The notes below the pieces were generated by a model. That model was not told the origin of the DNA. It made no database searches and saw nothing but the letters and a program-made list of their open reading frames with translations. A DNA stretch of 44,956 nucleotides from an uncultured Candidatus Saccharibacteria bacterium (lineage in GTDB: Bacteria > Patescibacteriota > Dojkabacteria > J137). The DNA is taken from contig CAYTGI010000006.1 in the NCBI GenBank assembly GCA_964437465.1, positions 1 through 44,956 on the forward strand, in the 5' to 3' direction. The position numbers were made by a program, and so were the translations under genes. Of the stretch, positions 26,915-35,338 are shown in pieces (position 1 is the first letter of the stretch; each line of letters opens with the position of its first letter).

Positions 26915-28354
26915 TGTTTTATCTTTAATTGTAAGCACTCTCGTCGGCTCTATCTGTTCAGCAAAATATCTATCGTGAGAAACAAGAATTATTGCACCTT
27001 CATATTCTCTTAATGCTTGTTCGATTGCTTCTTTTGTCTGAATATCTAAATGATTTGTTGGTTCATCTAAAATTAGACATTGGTATTGGTTTTGAACAAA
27101 GATAGCAAAAGTTAATCTAGCTTTTTGCCCAGGGCTCAAACTTTTTACTGATTGATTTTTAAGTTCATCATCAAAAAGAAATTTATCAAGAATTCCAAAA
27201 GAGCTTCCCCAAGAAGCTTGGGTCATTTTAAAAAAATAGTCTTGCACTTTATCATCAATATTAGAAAAATCATTTTCCTGAGCAAAATATACCCAATCTA
27301 GATTATTACCCCATTTGATTTCTCCTGAATTTTGTTTAAGTTCGCCTACAAGTAATTTTATTAAAGTAGATTTACCTGTTCCATTTGGTCCTAAGAGCCA
27401 AATTTTTTCACTTCCATAAATTTCAAGATTTACATTTTCTAAAACGGTGAATCCTTCATTGTACTCAAACTTAAGATTCTCTATCTGAAGTATTCGTTTT
27501 CCTTGATGAACCGAACCCTTTATATCAAGTCCTTGTAATCTAGTTTCTTCATAAGTTGAGATCTCATTTCGTAAAACTTCTCTTTCAATTCTCTTTTTAG
27601 CAGCTTCTACAGCTTTACCTCTTCTTTTTGCATCACTTATCTTTCTAGCATTTGCTAATAATGTCTCTAATTTCTTTCTCTTTTGTTCTTGAAGATTGTA
27701 TTGTTTTTCTCTATCTTCAATATCCCAAGCTTTTTGTTCTAAGAAACTTTCATAGTTTCCTTTGTAGACTTTTAGAGTTTCTTCATCAATCTCAAAAACA
27801 TGATCAATTGTATTATTCATAAACTCTCTATCGTGAGAGATAATTATGCAAATTCCATCAAAGTGTTTAACAAATTTTTCAAACTCAGTTATCCCTGCTA
27901 TATCTAAATGATTAGTAGGTTCGTCAAGTAATAAGATTGTAGGTTCGTCTAACAAGAGTTTAGTTAAATATAGTTTCATCTTTTGGCCCGGACTTAGAGT
28001 TGAGATATGTTTAAACTCATCTATTTCTCCGAACTCAAGTTTTCCTAAAATCTTATTTACCTTCCAAATTTCACTATAGGGATCGTCAATTAAGCTTTCC
28101 AAATATTCACCAAGGTAATCAATTCCATCTATATTCAGATCAAATTCTTGAGGAAGATATGCAATTTTTTCATTAACTAGATGAATCTCACCAGCAAGGG
28201 GTGTCTCTTCACCAGAGATAATTCTAAGAAGCGTAGTTTTTCCAGTTCCATTAAGACCAACTAATCCAACTTTCTCTTTATTACCAAGAATAAAAGAGAT
28301 ATCCGTAAATAAAGGTCTAGCATATTCCATTGTAAGTTTTTCACCTTTGATCAT
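26897..28354 (-). CDS. ABC-F family ATPase (ribosome-associated)
   Basis: Two NBDs (GLNGTGKTT, GPNGTGKST), LDEPTNHLD x2, ISHDR/VSHDR, YKGNY linker; no TM. Confidence 0.93.
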   Translation of the reverse strand: MIKGEKLTMEYARPLFTDISFILGNKEKVGLVGLNGTGKTTLLRIISGEETPLAGEIHLVNEKIAYLPQEFDLNIDGIDYLGEYLESLIDDPYSEIWKVNKILGKLEFGEIDEFKHISTLSPGQKMKLYLTKLLLDEPTILLLDEPTNHLDIAGITEFEKFVKHFDGICIIISHDREFMNNTIDHVFEIDEETLKVYKGNYESFLEQKAWDIEDREKQYNLQEQKRKKLETLLANARKISDAKRRGKAVEAAKKRIEREVLRNEISTYEETRLQGLDIKGSVHQGKRILQIENLKFEYNEGFTVLENVNLEIYGSEKIWLLGPNGTGKSTLIKLLVGELKQNSGEIKWGNNLDWVYFAQENDFSNIDDKVQDYFFKMTQASWGSSFGILDKFLFDDELKNQSVKSLSPGQKARLTFAIFVQNQYQCLILDEPTNHLDIQTKEAIEQALREYEGAIILVSHDRYFAEQIEPTRVLTIKDKTLVDKR

Positions 28355-28404
28355 TGGGAGTTTTTCAGCAAAACATTATCTCACGTTTTACTTAGAGTTG
28401 AGGC

Positions 28405-28938
28405 TTATTTTCTTGACCTACTTCTAAAGAGAAGCTTTTGTTTATCGCTCTCAATAGGAACAAAGTCATCAGCCGCCTCCATAAGCTCCTTATTAGCTGT
28501 TTTTTCAAAAGCGACAACCTCAATTAAACAACCAGCTTGTTGAAGATAAGTTACAACTGGATTAAAGTCACCGTCTCCTGAACAGAGTATTATAGAGTCT
28601 ACTTTAGGAGCTAATCTTACAGCATCCATAGCTATACCTACATCCCAATCTCCTTTCTTAGCTCCACCGAAAAAAGTTTGGAGTGGTTTCTCCTTAGTCT
28701 CAAAACCTGCAGAATTGACTGCATCAAAAAATTCATTTTCCTTCCCATCAGGATCAGCATTTATCACATATGCGATAGCTCTAGTTAGAATTCTATCTTG
28801 AACACAAAAATCTAAAAGATTTTTAAAATTCACTTTTGAGTTAAATAGGTTTTTAGCAGAGTAGTAAAGGTTTTGTACATCTACGAGTACTGCGACTCTT
28901 TGGTTTGGATTTCTTACGATCATGAATAAGTTTAGCAT
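28405..28938 (-). CDS. NYN domain (LabA/DUF88) protein
   Basis: VLVDVQNLYY, KKGDWDVGIAMD, SGDGDF..V, G..IEV.AF. Confidence 0.92.
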   Translation of the reverse strand: MLNLFMIVRNPNQRVAVLVDVQNLYYSAKNLFNSKVNFKNLLDFCVQDRILTRAIAYVINADPDGKENEFFDAVNSAGFETKEKPLQTFFGGAKKGDWDVGIAMDAVRLAPKVDSIILCSGDGDFNPVVTYLQQAGCLIEVVAFEKTANKELMEAADDFVPIESDKQKLLFRSRSRK

Positions 28939-29024
28939 TAAATAGAAAAATAGGTTTATATGTATGGAATTTTTTTACATGCTACAATCTTTTAATATTT
29001 CATTTCATAACAACTAAAATCGAT

Positions 29025-29288
29025 ATGGACAAATTAAATAAAATATTCACCCAAGCGTTTATAGATTTTTCTGAAAGTGAATTTCTTACTGAGCAAAGAT
29101 CAGTTGGCTTCATTAAATATACATATGAGGAATCTTATGAAATTATTCGAAAGACTATATCTTATCTTAGGGATAATGATATTAAAAAGGGGGATAGAAT
29201 TTTAATTTGGTCTTCAAATAAACCTGAATATCTTTTCTTATTTTTTGCATGCGTACTTGAGGGTATTGTAGTAGTTCCAATGTTTTAG
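29025..29288 (+). pseudogene. N-terminal fragment of an AMP-binding (long-chain acyl-CoA synthetase-like) enzyme
   Basis: YTYEESY..I...YL....IKKGDRILIWSSNKPEY...FFAC...GIVVVPM matches the family N-terminus; stops at 87 aa, before the AMP-binding motif. Confidence 0.7.
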
Positions 29289-29339
29289 AAATTTATTAAT
29301 ACTCCGCCTGCTGGATTCGAACCAGCAACCTACCGGTTA

Positions 29340-29740
29340 CACTTAACCTGTAATTTTCATTACAGCGTGGACTATCTCATCACCATACGATTTCTCATTT
29401 AGGTGTCGGGCGCTCTAGGGTGTAAATCACCTAGTCTCTGAACCTTTTCCATTTTGTTGGAACTTGGCTGCGGATTACCTTAGAATTTCCTTAGGCTTCC
29501 CGCAATTCACCCGATGTTCATTCCTGATTTTCATCAGGAAGCTGCGTGATTCCGCTATGTATTTCCCGATGACAGTTTGAATATACAAGAATGCACTTAT
29601 CTAACTCTGTTTTAACCTTTTGCCAAGATCTTGTTAGCCCTCTTTGTGAAAGCCCAAAATCTTTATTTGCACGATCTTTGTATTTTCTATTGTCAATCTT
29701 TCCCATATATAAAAATGGGGATTAATAATAGCTAGTGAAC
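29340..29740 (-). mobile_element. Group I self-splicing intron (401 nt)
   Basis: P GAAUUGCGGGAAG (29496-29508), Q AAUCCGCAGCCAAG (29463-29479), R GUUCAGAGACUA (29432-29444), S GAGAUAGUCC (29369-29380); terminal G; exon U paired to GCAGC guide (29541-29545); GAAA-capped P2 and P9. Confidence 0.93.
29518..29706 (-). pseudogene. Degenerate HNH homing endonuclease ORF inside the intron P1 loop
   Basis: KDFGLSQRGLTRSWQKVKTELDKCILVYSNCHREIH resembles the C-terminal half of Zn-HNH endonucleases; the central CxxC/His segment is missing. Confidence 0.75.
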
Positions 29741-29836
29741 ACAGCCGGTTGCTCTACCGTTGAGCTAAGGCGGATCATTTATGAAATTTAAAAGAGCTGC
29801 TGGAATTATACCAATATGTAGGCAGTTTTAGAAAGT

Positions 29837-30883
29837 TTATTTTTCGTTTAGTAGATAATTTTTAATTATTGGTGAAAAAAGTGATACATTTCTATCCTTT
29901 AATCTTAACAATCCAGTCTCAATTAGAAAATTAGTATCCCAACCACCTTTTATCATTTCTCCATTGGCCACCTTTCTAAGCAAGTTCTCTTGATGCTTTG
30001 TAAGTGAAGAAATTAGTTTTTCTGAAATATTTCTTAAAGCAGGATCTAAACTCACATTCTCAAAAGAATTTAGAGAGCTTGTAAGATATTTCTTGAAAGG
30101 TAAATAGCCACCAGATAGGTTTTGTATTTTGTTTATCTTATTTTTATAAGAGGGACTTAAATATTTTAGTTTTCTTGGAATAAAGCTTTCCGATAATTCT
30201 GTCTCTCTGATATTCATTAAAGATAGTATTACAACTTTTTGAGCAATAAAATTTGCAATTTCCCCATGAGTTTTTTGTTTTATTTTCTTAAACCATTTAG
30301 ATGAGTCCATTGAAAATATAAACTCAATCTTTCCTCTATACCTATCCCTTATAAATTTTAGAAGATTGCTTATAGCTTTAGTATCTTCTGAAAAAAATTC
30401 TTCAGTATCATCTAATATAAAATAAAATTGTTTATGTGGAAAATCCTCTATTAAATTATCTATAGCACTTACTAATTTATCCTTTGACCATTTATCATTA
30501 TCTATTTCAACTGAATTTCTTTTCAATTTTTTTAACCTTTGATATTTATGTAATATTTTTCTATACAAAATCTTTTCAAAAGCAATTGCTCCGGGAGAGT
30601 AGTCTTTTAGCCATATAACTGTTGTATTGCCAGTAGCTTTTTCAATAAGGACTTCGTGAATATCAGTGTAAATAAATTCTATTCTGCTTAGTCTAAGGTG
30701 CCTTCGCCGATATTTAGTGTTAAATGTTAGATATCTTAGTATATGAGTTTTCCCAAATCCAGCTGGAGCTAAAATACAAATGGGGTTTGTGGGCCGGTTC
30801 GTTCTAAATTTGTCAAAGCTAGACATTATTTTGTCAATATTTGACTTGGCATAATTTGAAGGAAATTGCTCCTCTATGTTCAT
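29837..30883 (-). CDS. P-loop (AAA-like) ATPase-domain protein
   Basis: Walker A APAGFGKT, Walker B YFILDD, SGGYL motif and a C-terminal helical/wHTH-like segment with LIETGLL. Confidence 0.7.
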   Translation of the reverse strand: MNIEEQFPSNYAKSNIDKIMSSFDKFRTNRPTNPICILAPAGFGKTHILRYLTFNTKYRRRHLRLSRIEFIYTDIHEVLIEKATGNTTVIWLKDYSPGAIAFEKILYRKILHKYQRLKKLKRNSVEIDNDKWSKDKLVSAIDNLIEDFPHKQFYFILDDTEEFFSEDTKAISNLLKFIRDRYRGKIEFIFSMDSSKWFKKIKQKTHGEIANFIAQKVVILSLMNIRETELSESFIPRKLKYLSPSYKNKINKIQNLSGGYLPFKKYLTSSLNSFENVSLDPALRNISEKLISSLTKHQENLLRKVANGEMIKGGWDTNFLIETGLLRLKDRNVSLFSPIIKNYLLNEK

Positions 30884-31012
30884 TTATAGAGATTATACAC
30901 TGAAGAACTTATTCTGTATAGCTGGATTCCCTTGTCTGTATTGACAGTCGCTTCTTTTTAGCATCAAAGGATAAATATTAGACACCTTAGCTAATTTTAT
31001 CTATTATGAATT

Positions 31013-31816
31013 ATGGCAAGATCATTTCTCAAAGGTAAAGACAAGTTTCATAATATTAGAAAACTAAATATTTTTTTAGGTACAATTCACCTAATTCAAT
31101 CTCTAATTATATTCTCGGTTTCTAACAGTACGTTAGTACAATTCAACTCAGATTACTTTGGCTTACTATCAGGACAAGCTGCTAGGGAATTTGGAAATAA
31201 TTCCCAGGTTCTATTCGAGGTCAGATTAAGTGCATTGGTAGCTTTATTTTTGTTTATCGCAGCTTTAACTCATTTTTTGACTACTTCATCAGGGATAAGG
31301 GAATGGTATGATAAGAATCTTAAAAAGGGGATTGGATATGCAAGGTGGTGGGAGTATGCTTTTAGCTCCTCAATAATGATTGTCATTATCGCTTCTATTG
31401 TGGGAATTACTAACTTCTTTACAATATTAGCTATATTCACCTTAAATGCATTGATGAATATTTTTGGCTTGATAATGGAGAAGACTAATTCTGGGAAGAA
31501 GAAAGATTATGATTGGACCAGCTTTATCTATGGGGTTATAGCCGGGATTGTACCTTGGATAATAATATTTAGCTATTATTTTGGAGCACTTTCATTAGCC
31601 ATTCCAACTGCAGCTTTCCCTCTCGGTGGATATGTGATATGGATACTTGTCATTGATTTTGTATGGTTCTCAGCATTTGCTTTAAATATGTATGCTGGTT
31701 TCAGAAAAATAGGACCGTGGAAAAATTATTTGTATACTGAAGTTGTTTACAGTTTCTTGAGTTTATTCTCTAAATCAATTCTTGCTTGGCAAATCTTCTT
31801 AAATCTACTATCTTAG
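31013..31816 (+). CDS. heR: Heliorhodopsin
   Basis: 7 TM; LGTIHLIQ (helix A His), ALTHF (helix B His), RWWEYAFSSSIMIV (counterion Glu), YSFLSLFSKSILAWQ (retinal-binding Lys). Confidence 0.93.
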   Translation: MARSFLKGKDKFHNIRKLNIFLGTIHLIQSLIIFSVSNSTLVQFNSDYFGLLSGQAAREFGNNSQVLFEVRLSALVALFLFIAALTHFLTTSSGIREWYDKNLKKGIGYARWWEYAFSSSIMIVIIASIVGITNFFTILAIFTLNALMNIFGLIMEKTNSGKKKDYDWTSFIYGVIAGIVPWIIIFSYYFGALSLAIPTAAFPLGGYVIWILVIDFVWFSAFALNMYAGFRKIGPWKNYLYTEVVYSFLSLFSKSILAWQIFLNLLS

Positions 31817-32211
31817 AATGAATTTTTAAGTTTGTATTCTTTGTTTAACTGTATCAGGTATCCTATCCCACCAATAGAGAAGAGAAGAAAGAATATACCA
31901 AGTCCAGCTAATAGAAAAGAAGTATTTTCTAAAAGTGTAGGTGAGTTATCATCTTGATTAATACTAGTACTCATACCAGCAACTCTTCCATTGTCACTAA
32001 CCTGTACGTCAGAATTTTCTTCATCTCTATCAAATATTTGACTAATTGCTTCTATAGGTTCTTGCAATGCTTCTGGATCAGATTTATGAAGAGTAATTAC
32101 CTGTGCTGGAATAACCAAAAACACCATAACAGTTATTATTATAACTAATATTTTGGGAACGCTTATATCTATAAGTGGTTCTTCTAAATGGTATATATGT
32201 GTATGACGCAT
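31813..32211 (-). CDS. Hypothetical two-TM membrane protein
   Basis: Two hydrophobic segments flanking an acidic loop containing GRVAGMST. Confidence 0.7.
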   Translation of the reverse strand: MRHTHIYHLEEPLIDISVPKILVIIITVMVFLVIPAQVITLHKSDPEALQEPIEAISQIFDRDEENSDVQVSDNGRVAGMSTSINQDDNSPTLLENTSFLLAGLGIFFLLFSIGGIGYLIQLNKEYKLKNSF

Positions 32212-32267
32212 AAGTAAATATTAATACTAGTATATTAAAACATACTTAAAGTTTTTTTGTTAGATAA

Positions 32268-33338
32268 TTAACAACCTAAATCTCTACAAACTCCTACTAG
32301 ATGTGAGTCATAATCAACATTGAAAAAAGTTTGTCCATCAGGTGTATGGTAGAAAAAGTAAAACTCAGTATCTTTAGGATTTAAAGCAGCATCAATAGAC
32401 TCAATTCTAGGATTATTGATAGGTGTAGGCATTAATCCTGGATAAATGTAAGTATTATAAGGGCTGTCTATCTGCTGATCTACAAGAGTTACACCAGCAT
32501 CACTTTTTCCAGTTATGAAGTTAACAGTTGCGTCAGATTGAAGGGCTATTCCGTCACTCATTCGATTATGGAATACGCTAGAGATTTCTGATCTATCATC
32601 CCAAGCACTTGCCTCTTTCTCTATTACAGAAGCTAAGATTACAGCTTCATATAAATTATTAATATTTCCGCTTGGACTTGAAAAGCTACCTATATTCTCT
32701 TCGACTTTTACCTTAAAGTTTTTAACCATAATTTCAATAATTTGAGCAGTAGTCATACCTTGATCGATTCTATATGTATCTGGATATAAAAAGCCTCTTA
32801 GTGGCTTTCCTTCAGGTAGATAATTATCTAAAAAGCTTCTAATTGACTGATCAGAGAATTGAATCTGTGAAGGGTCCTCAACTAATTCAAAAAACTCTGC
32901 TTCACTGAATTGCGTTAGTTCAGCTAGTTCTGCACCGAGGATAGATGATACATCTTCATATTTAAGTCCTTCTTTAATAGTTACCCATATAGCAGGTTTA
33001 AATGTTCCTTCTTCAAGCGTTGTTATAAGCTCTGGTACGGTGTATCCAGCAGGTATTTCGTATGTACCTACTTTGATATTTGGAGAAACTCTCTCTGTTC
33101 GAAGGTATATCTGAATAGGGATCGTACTATTTATATATCCAGCTTCACTTAAATAGTTAACTACGTCTAAAAATGTATCCCCTTCCTCTACAATTAATTC
33201 GAAAGCCTTCGAATTAAACTCTCCATTTATTGAGTTTTTATACCAGTTGTTAATACTAAAGAATGCTAAAAGAAATATTCCAAGTATTAGTCCTATTATT
33301 AATAATAAATTTGATCTTTTTTTCTTTTTTTCTTCCAT
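32268..33338 (-). CDS. mltG: Endolytic transglycosylase MltG (YceG)
   Basis: N-terminal TM, VTIKEGL, GFLYPDTY, ILASVIEKEA, LQSDATV, SPYNTYIYPGLMPTPINNP, FYFFY. Confidence 0.95.
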   Translation of the reverse strand: MEEKKKKRSNLLLIIGLILGIFLLAFFSINNWYKNSINGEFNSKAFELIVEEGDTFLDVVNYLSEAGYINSTIPIQIYLRTERVSPNIKVGTYEIPAGYTVPELITTLEEGTFKPAIWVTIKEGLKYEDVSSILGAELAELTQFSEAEFFELVEDPSQIQFSDQSIRSFLDNYLPEGKPLRGFLYPDTYRIDQGMTTAQIIEIMVKNFKVKVEENIGSFSSPSGNINNLYEAVILASVIEKEASAWDDRSEISSVFHNRMSDGIALQSDATVNFITGKSDAGVTLVDQQIDSPYNTYIYPGLMPTPINNPRIESIDAALNPKDTEFYFFYHTPDGQTFFNVDYDSHLVGVCRDLGC

Positions 33339-33748
33339 TATGAATTTTTTGAATCTAAATATTCTTGCAGCATTATTCTTGCAGCTTCTCCATCTATATT
33401 TTTTCTCTTAAACCTCATTGTCTTTGAACTTTCTCTTGCTAAAGATGAGGTCATAGATTCATCAACTGCCTCTATAATGATATCAGAAAATTTCTTTTCT
33501 AGTTTTTGAGAAAAATCTTCTATTCGTTTAGAAAAAGGAGAATGAGTTCCGTCGAAATTATATGGAATACCGATTATGATCTTTTCTATTTCTTCTTGTT
33601 CAATAAGCTCAACTAACTTGGCTAGTGCTTCTTCCTCATTTTTAACCTTCATTAGTGGAAGTCTAGAAGCAATTAGTTGAGATTCATCTGAAAGTGCAAG
33701 ACCAAACTTTTTCGTTCCGTAATCGATTGATAATATTTTTTTGCTCAT
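33338..33748 (-). CDS. ruvX: YqgF/RuvX family RNase H-like nuclease
   Basis: ILSIDYGTKKFGLALSD, IIIGIP, VDESMTS, IDGEAARIMLQEYL. Confidence 0.93.
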   Translation of the reverse strand: MSKKILSIDYGTKKFGLALSDESQLIASRLPLMKVKNEEEALAKLVELIEQEEIEKIIIGIPYNFDGTHSPFSKRIEDFSQKLEKKFSDIIIEAVDESMTSSLARESSKTMRFKRKNIDGEAARIMLQEYLDSKNS

Positions 33749-34599
33749 GTACCTCGAATAAAGTTAACCAAAACTTCCCACCAGTTTTCTTTTACTTCTT
33801 CCTCTTTTTCTTCAGGTTCTTCTTGCGCCAATTCTTCAAGCTCTTTAACTCTTCCTTTTAGTTTACTATTTTCTTCTTCTAATTGCTTTTTTTGGTCTTT
33901 AAGTTTTGTAGTTAACTTTTTAAGATCATTTACTTCAAAAGGTGTATCTGCATAAGATTTAACTAAACTTTGAAGTTTTTCATTCTTATCTTTAATGATC
34001 TTATTATCATTTTCCAAGTCAGAGTTCTTCTCCTCTAAAGAGTTAACTCTTTCTTCTAGGCTAGCTATTTTTTCGTTAAGTTCTTTCACAACCATAGGAT
34101 CATCTGATTTTGTTTTAGCTATTTCAATCAGCTTATCAAGATCAACTCCATCTCCGGGACATCTTGATCTTGTTACTGAATTTATTTGATTATGACCTAT
34201 TATGTGATTTCGATCCAGTGGAATCTGGTATTTACTGCATAGCATTGCAATTAGCTCTCCTGAAGCCTCGTACATTTCTTTAGTCCATTTCTCTCCAGTA
34301 AACCCTTCATGTTCAATTCCAATTGTGTAAAGATTAGGGTTAATTCTAGGTTTTAGTAAGGCCCATCTTGGTTGATTTACACCCCCTGCGTGCCAGGCGG
34401 TGTCTTCATCAGCTACAAACTGCCAGATTACTCCGTTTTTCCCGACCATGTAGTGGGCAGAAGCGTTAGAAGCACTATTGTTAAACCACTCGTATGCACC
34501 ATTAAGCCAGCCTTCTGCAATATGTACCACTATTGCTTCAGGTTTATATCCAAACCGTCCGTTAGATAAATTTTTAACAGGTTTCCATACTATATCCAT
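33745..34599 (-). CDS. N-acetylmuramoyl-L-alanine amidase (Amidase_2) with long coiled-coil tail
   Basis: IVVHIAEG, SAHYMVG, AWHAG, NLYTIGIEHEG, IIGH, RCPG. Confidence 0.92.
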   Translation of the reverse strand: MDIVWKPVKNLSNGRFGYKPEAIVVHIAEGWLNGAYEWFNNSASNASAHYMVGKNGVIWQFVADEDTAWHAGGVNQPRWALLKPRINPNLYTIGIEHEGFTGEKWTKEMYEASGELIAMLCSKYQIPLDRNHIIGHNQINSVTRSRCPGDGVDLDKLIEIAKTKSDDPMVVKELNEKIASLEERVNSLEEKNSDLENDNKIIKDKNEKLQSLVKSYADTPFEVNDLKKLTTKLKDQKKQLEEENSKLKGRVKELEELAQEEPEEKEEEVKENWWEVLVNFIRGT

Positions 34600-34663
34600 A
34601 TATTGAGATTTTTCAAACCTTTTGGATTATATCAGGAAAACCCAAATATGCTAAACTGTCTTA

Positions 34664-35338
34664 GTGAAAAAGCTTTTTTTAAGCATTTTCTTCCCCAAAT
34701 TTTGCTTTATTTGTTCAAAAAAAGGTTCCCACTTATGCAATAGATGTACCTTGAGGTACTTAGATTTCCCAATGGTGCAATATTGTCATGTTTGTAGTGG
34801 GGAAGTTAGGTTGGGGTTTGTACATAAAGAATGCTCCTCAAAAACTAATCTTGACGGATTGATTTTCGTATCAGTATATAACAGATTGGTCAGAGATCTT
34901 ATTCATAAAGGTAAGTACAGTAAAGAATTTTCAATCTTTGAGGATTTGGGCATTATTATGAAACAGTTTGTAGAAAAATATTACTCATTTGATAATGTTT
35001 TGATATCATTTGTACCATCACATAGGTCAAAAGAAAGAATACGTGGTTTTAATCAAGCTAAAATCTTAGCCAATGCTTTTTCTAATGGTGCTGAAATAGA
35101 GCTAATTAAGAGAATAAAAAAGACAAAAACTCAGGTTGGAATGACAGAAGAGGAGAGAGCTAATAATTTAAAGGATGCTTTTAAACTTGAGAAATTTCAA
35201 TTAGGCAATGATGTAATTATCATTGATGATGTCTTTACTACTGGTTCAACACTTGAAGAGTGTGCAAAATTAATTAAATCTAAGTACCCTAAAATGAAGG
35301 TATATGGCCTAACATTTGCAAAGACTAGAATAGTATAG
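34664..35338 (+). CDS. comF: ComF family protein (phosphoribosyltransferase fold)
   Basis: FPKFCFIC Zn ribbon, RGFNQA, TQVG...ER..NL..AF, IIIDDVFTTGSTL. Confidence 0.9.
   Translation: MKKLFLSIFFPKFCFICSKKGSHLCNRCTLRYLDFPMVQYCHVCSGEVRLGFVHKECSSKTNLDGLIFVSVYNRLVRDLIHKGKYSKEFSIFEDLGIIMKQFVEKYYSFDNVLISFVPSHRSKERIRGFNQAKILANAFSNGAEIELIKRIKKTKTQVGMTEEERANNLKDAFKLEKFQLGNDVIIIDDVFTTGSTLEECAKLIKSKYPKMKVYGLTFAKTRIV

Larger units (their letters stand above)
29302..29774 (-). tRNA. tRNA-Asn(GUU) interrupted by a group I intron between anticodon positions 35 and 36; CCA not encoded
   Basis: 5' exon 29774-29741 UCCGCCUUAGCUCAACGGUAGAGCAACCGGCUGU plus 3' exon 29339-29302 UAACCGGUAGGUUGCUGGUUCGAAUCCAGCAGGCGGAG gives a complete cloverleaf, loop CU-GUU-AA, discriminator G. 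Confidence 0.95.

Noticed and set aside
30930-31012. TTGACA upstream of heliorhodopsin as a promoter
   Set aside because: No convincing -10 hexamer at 16-18 nt spacing.
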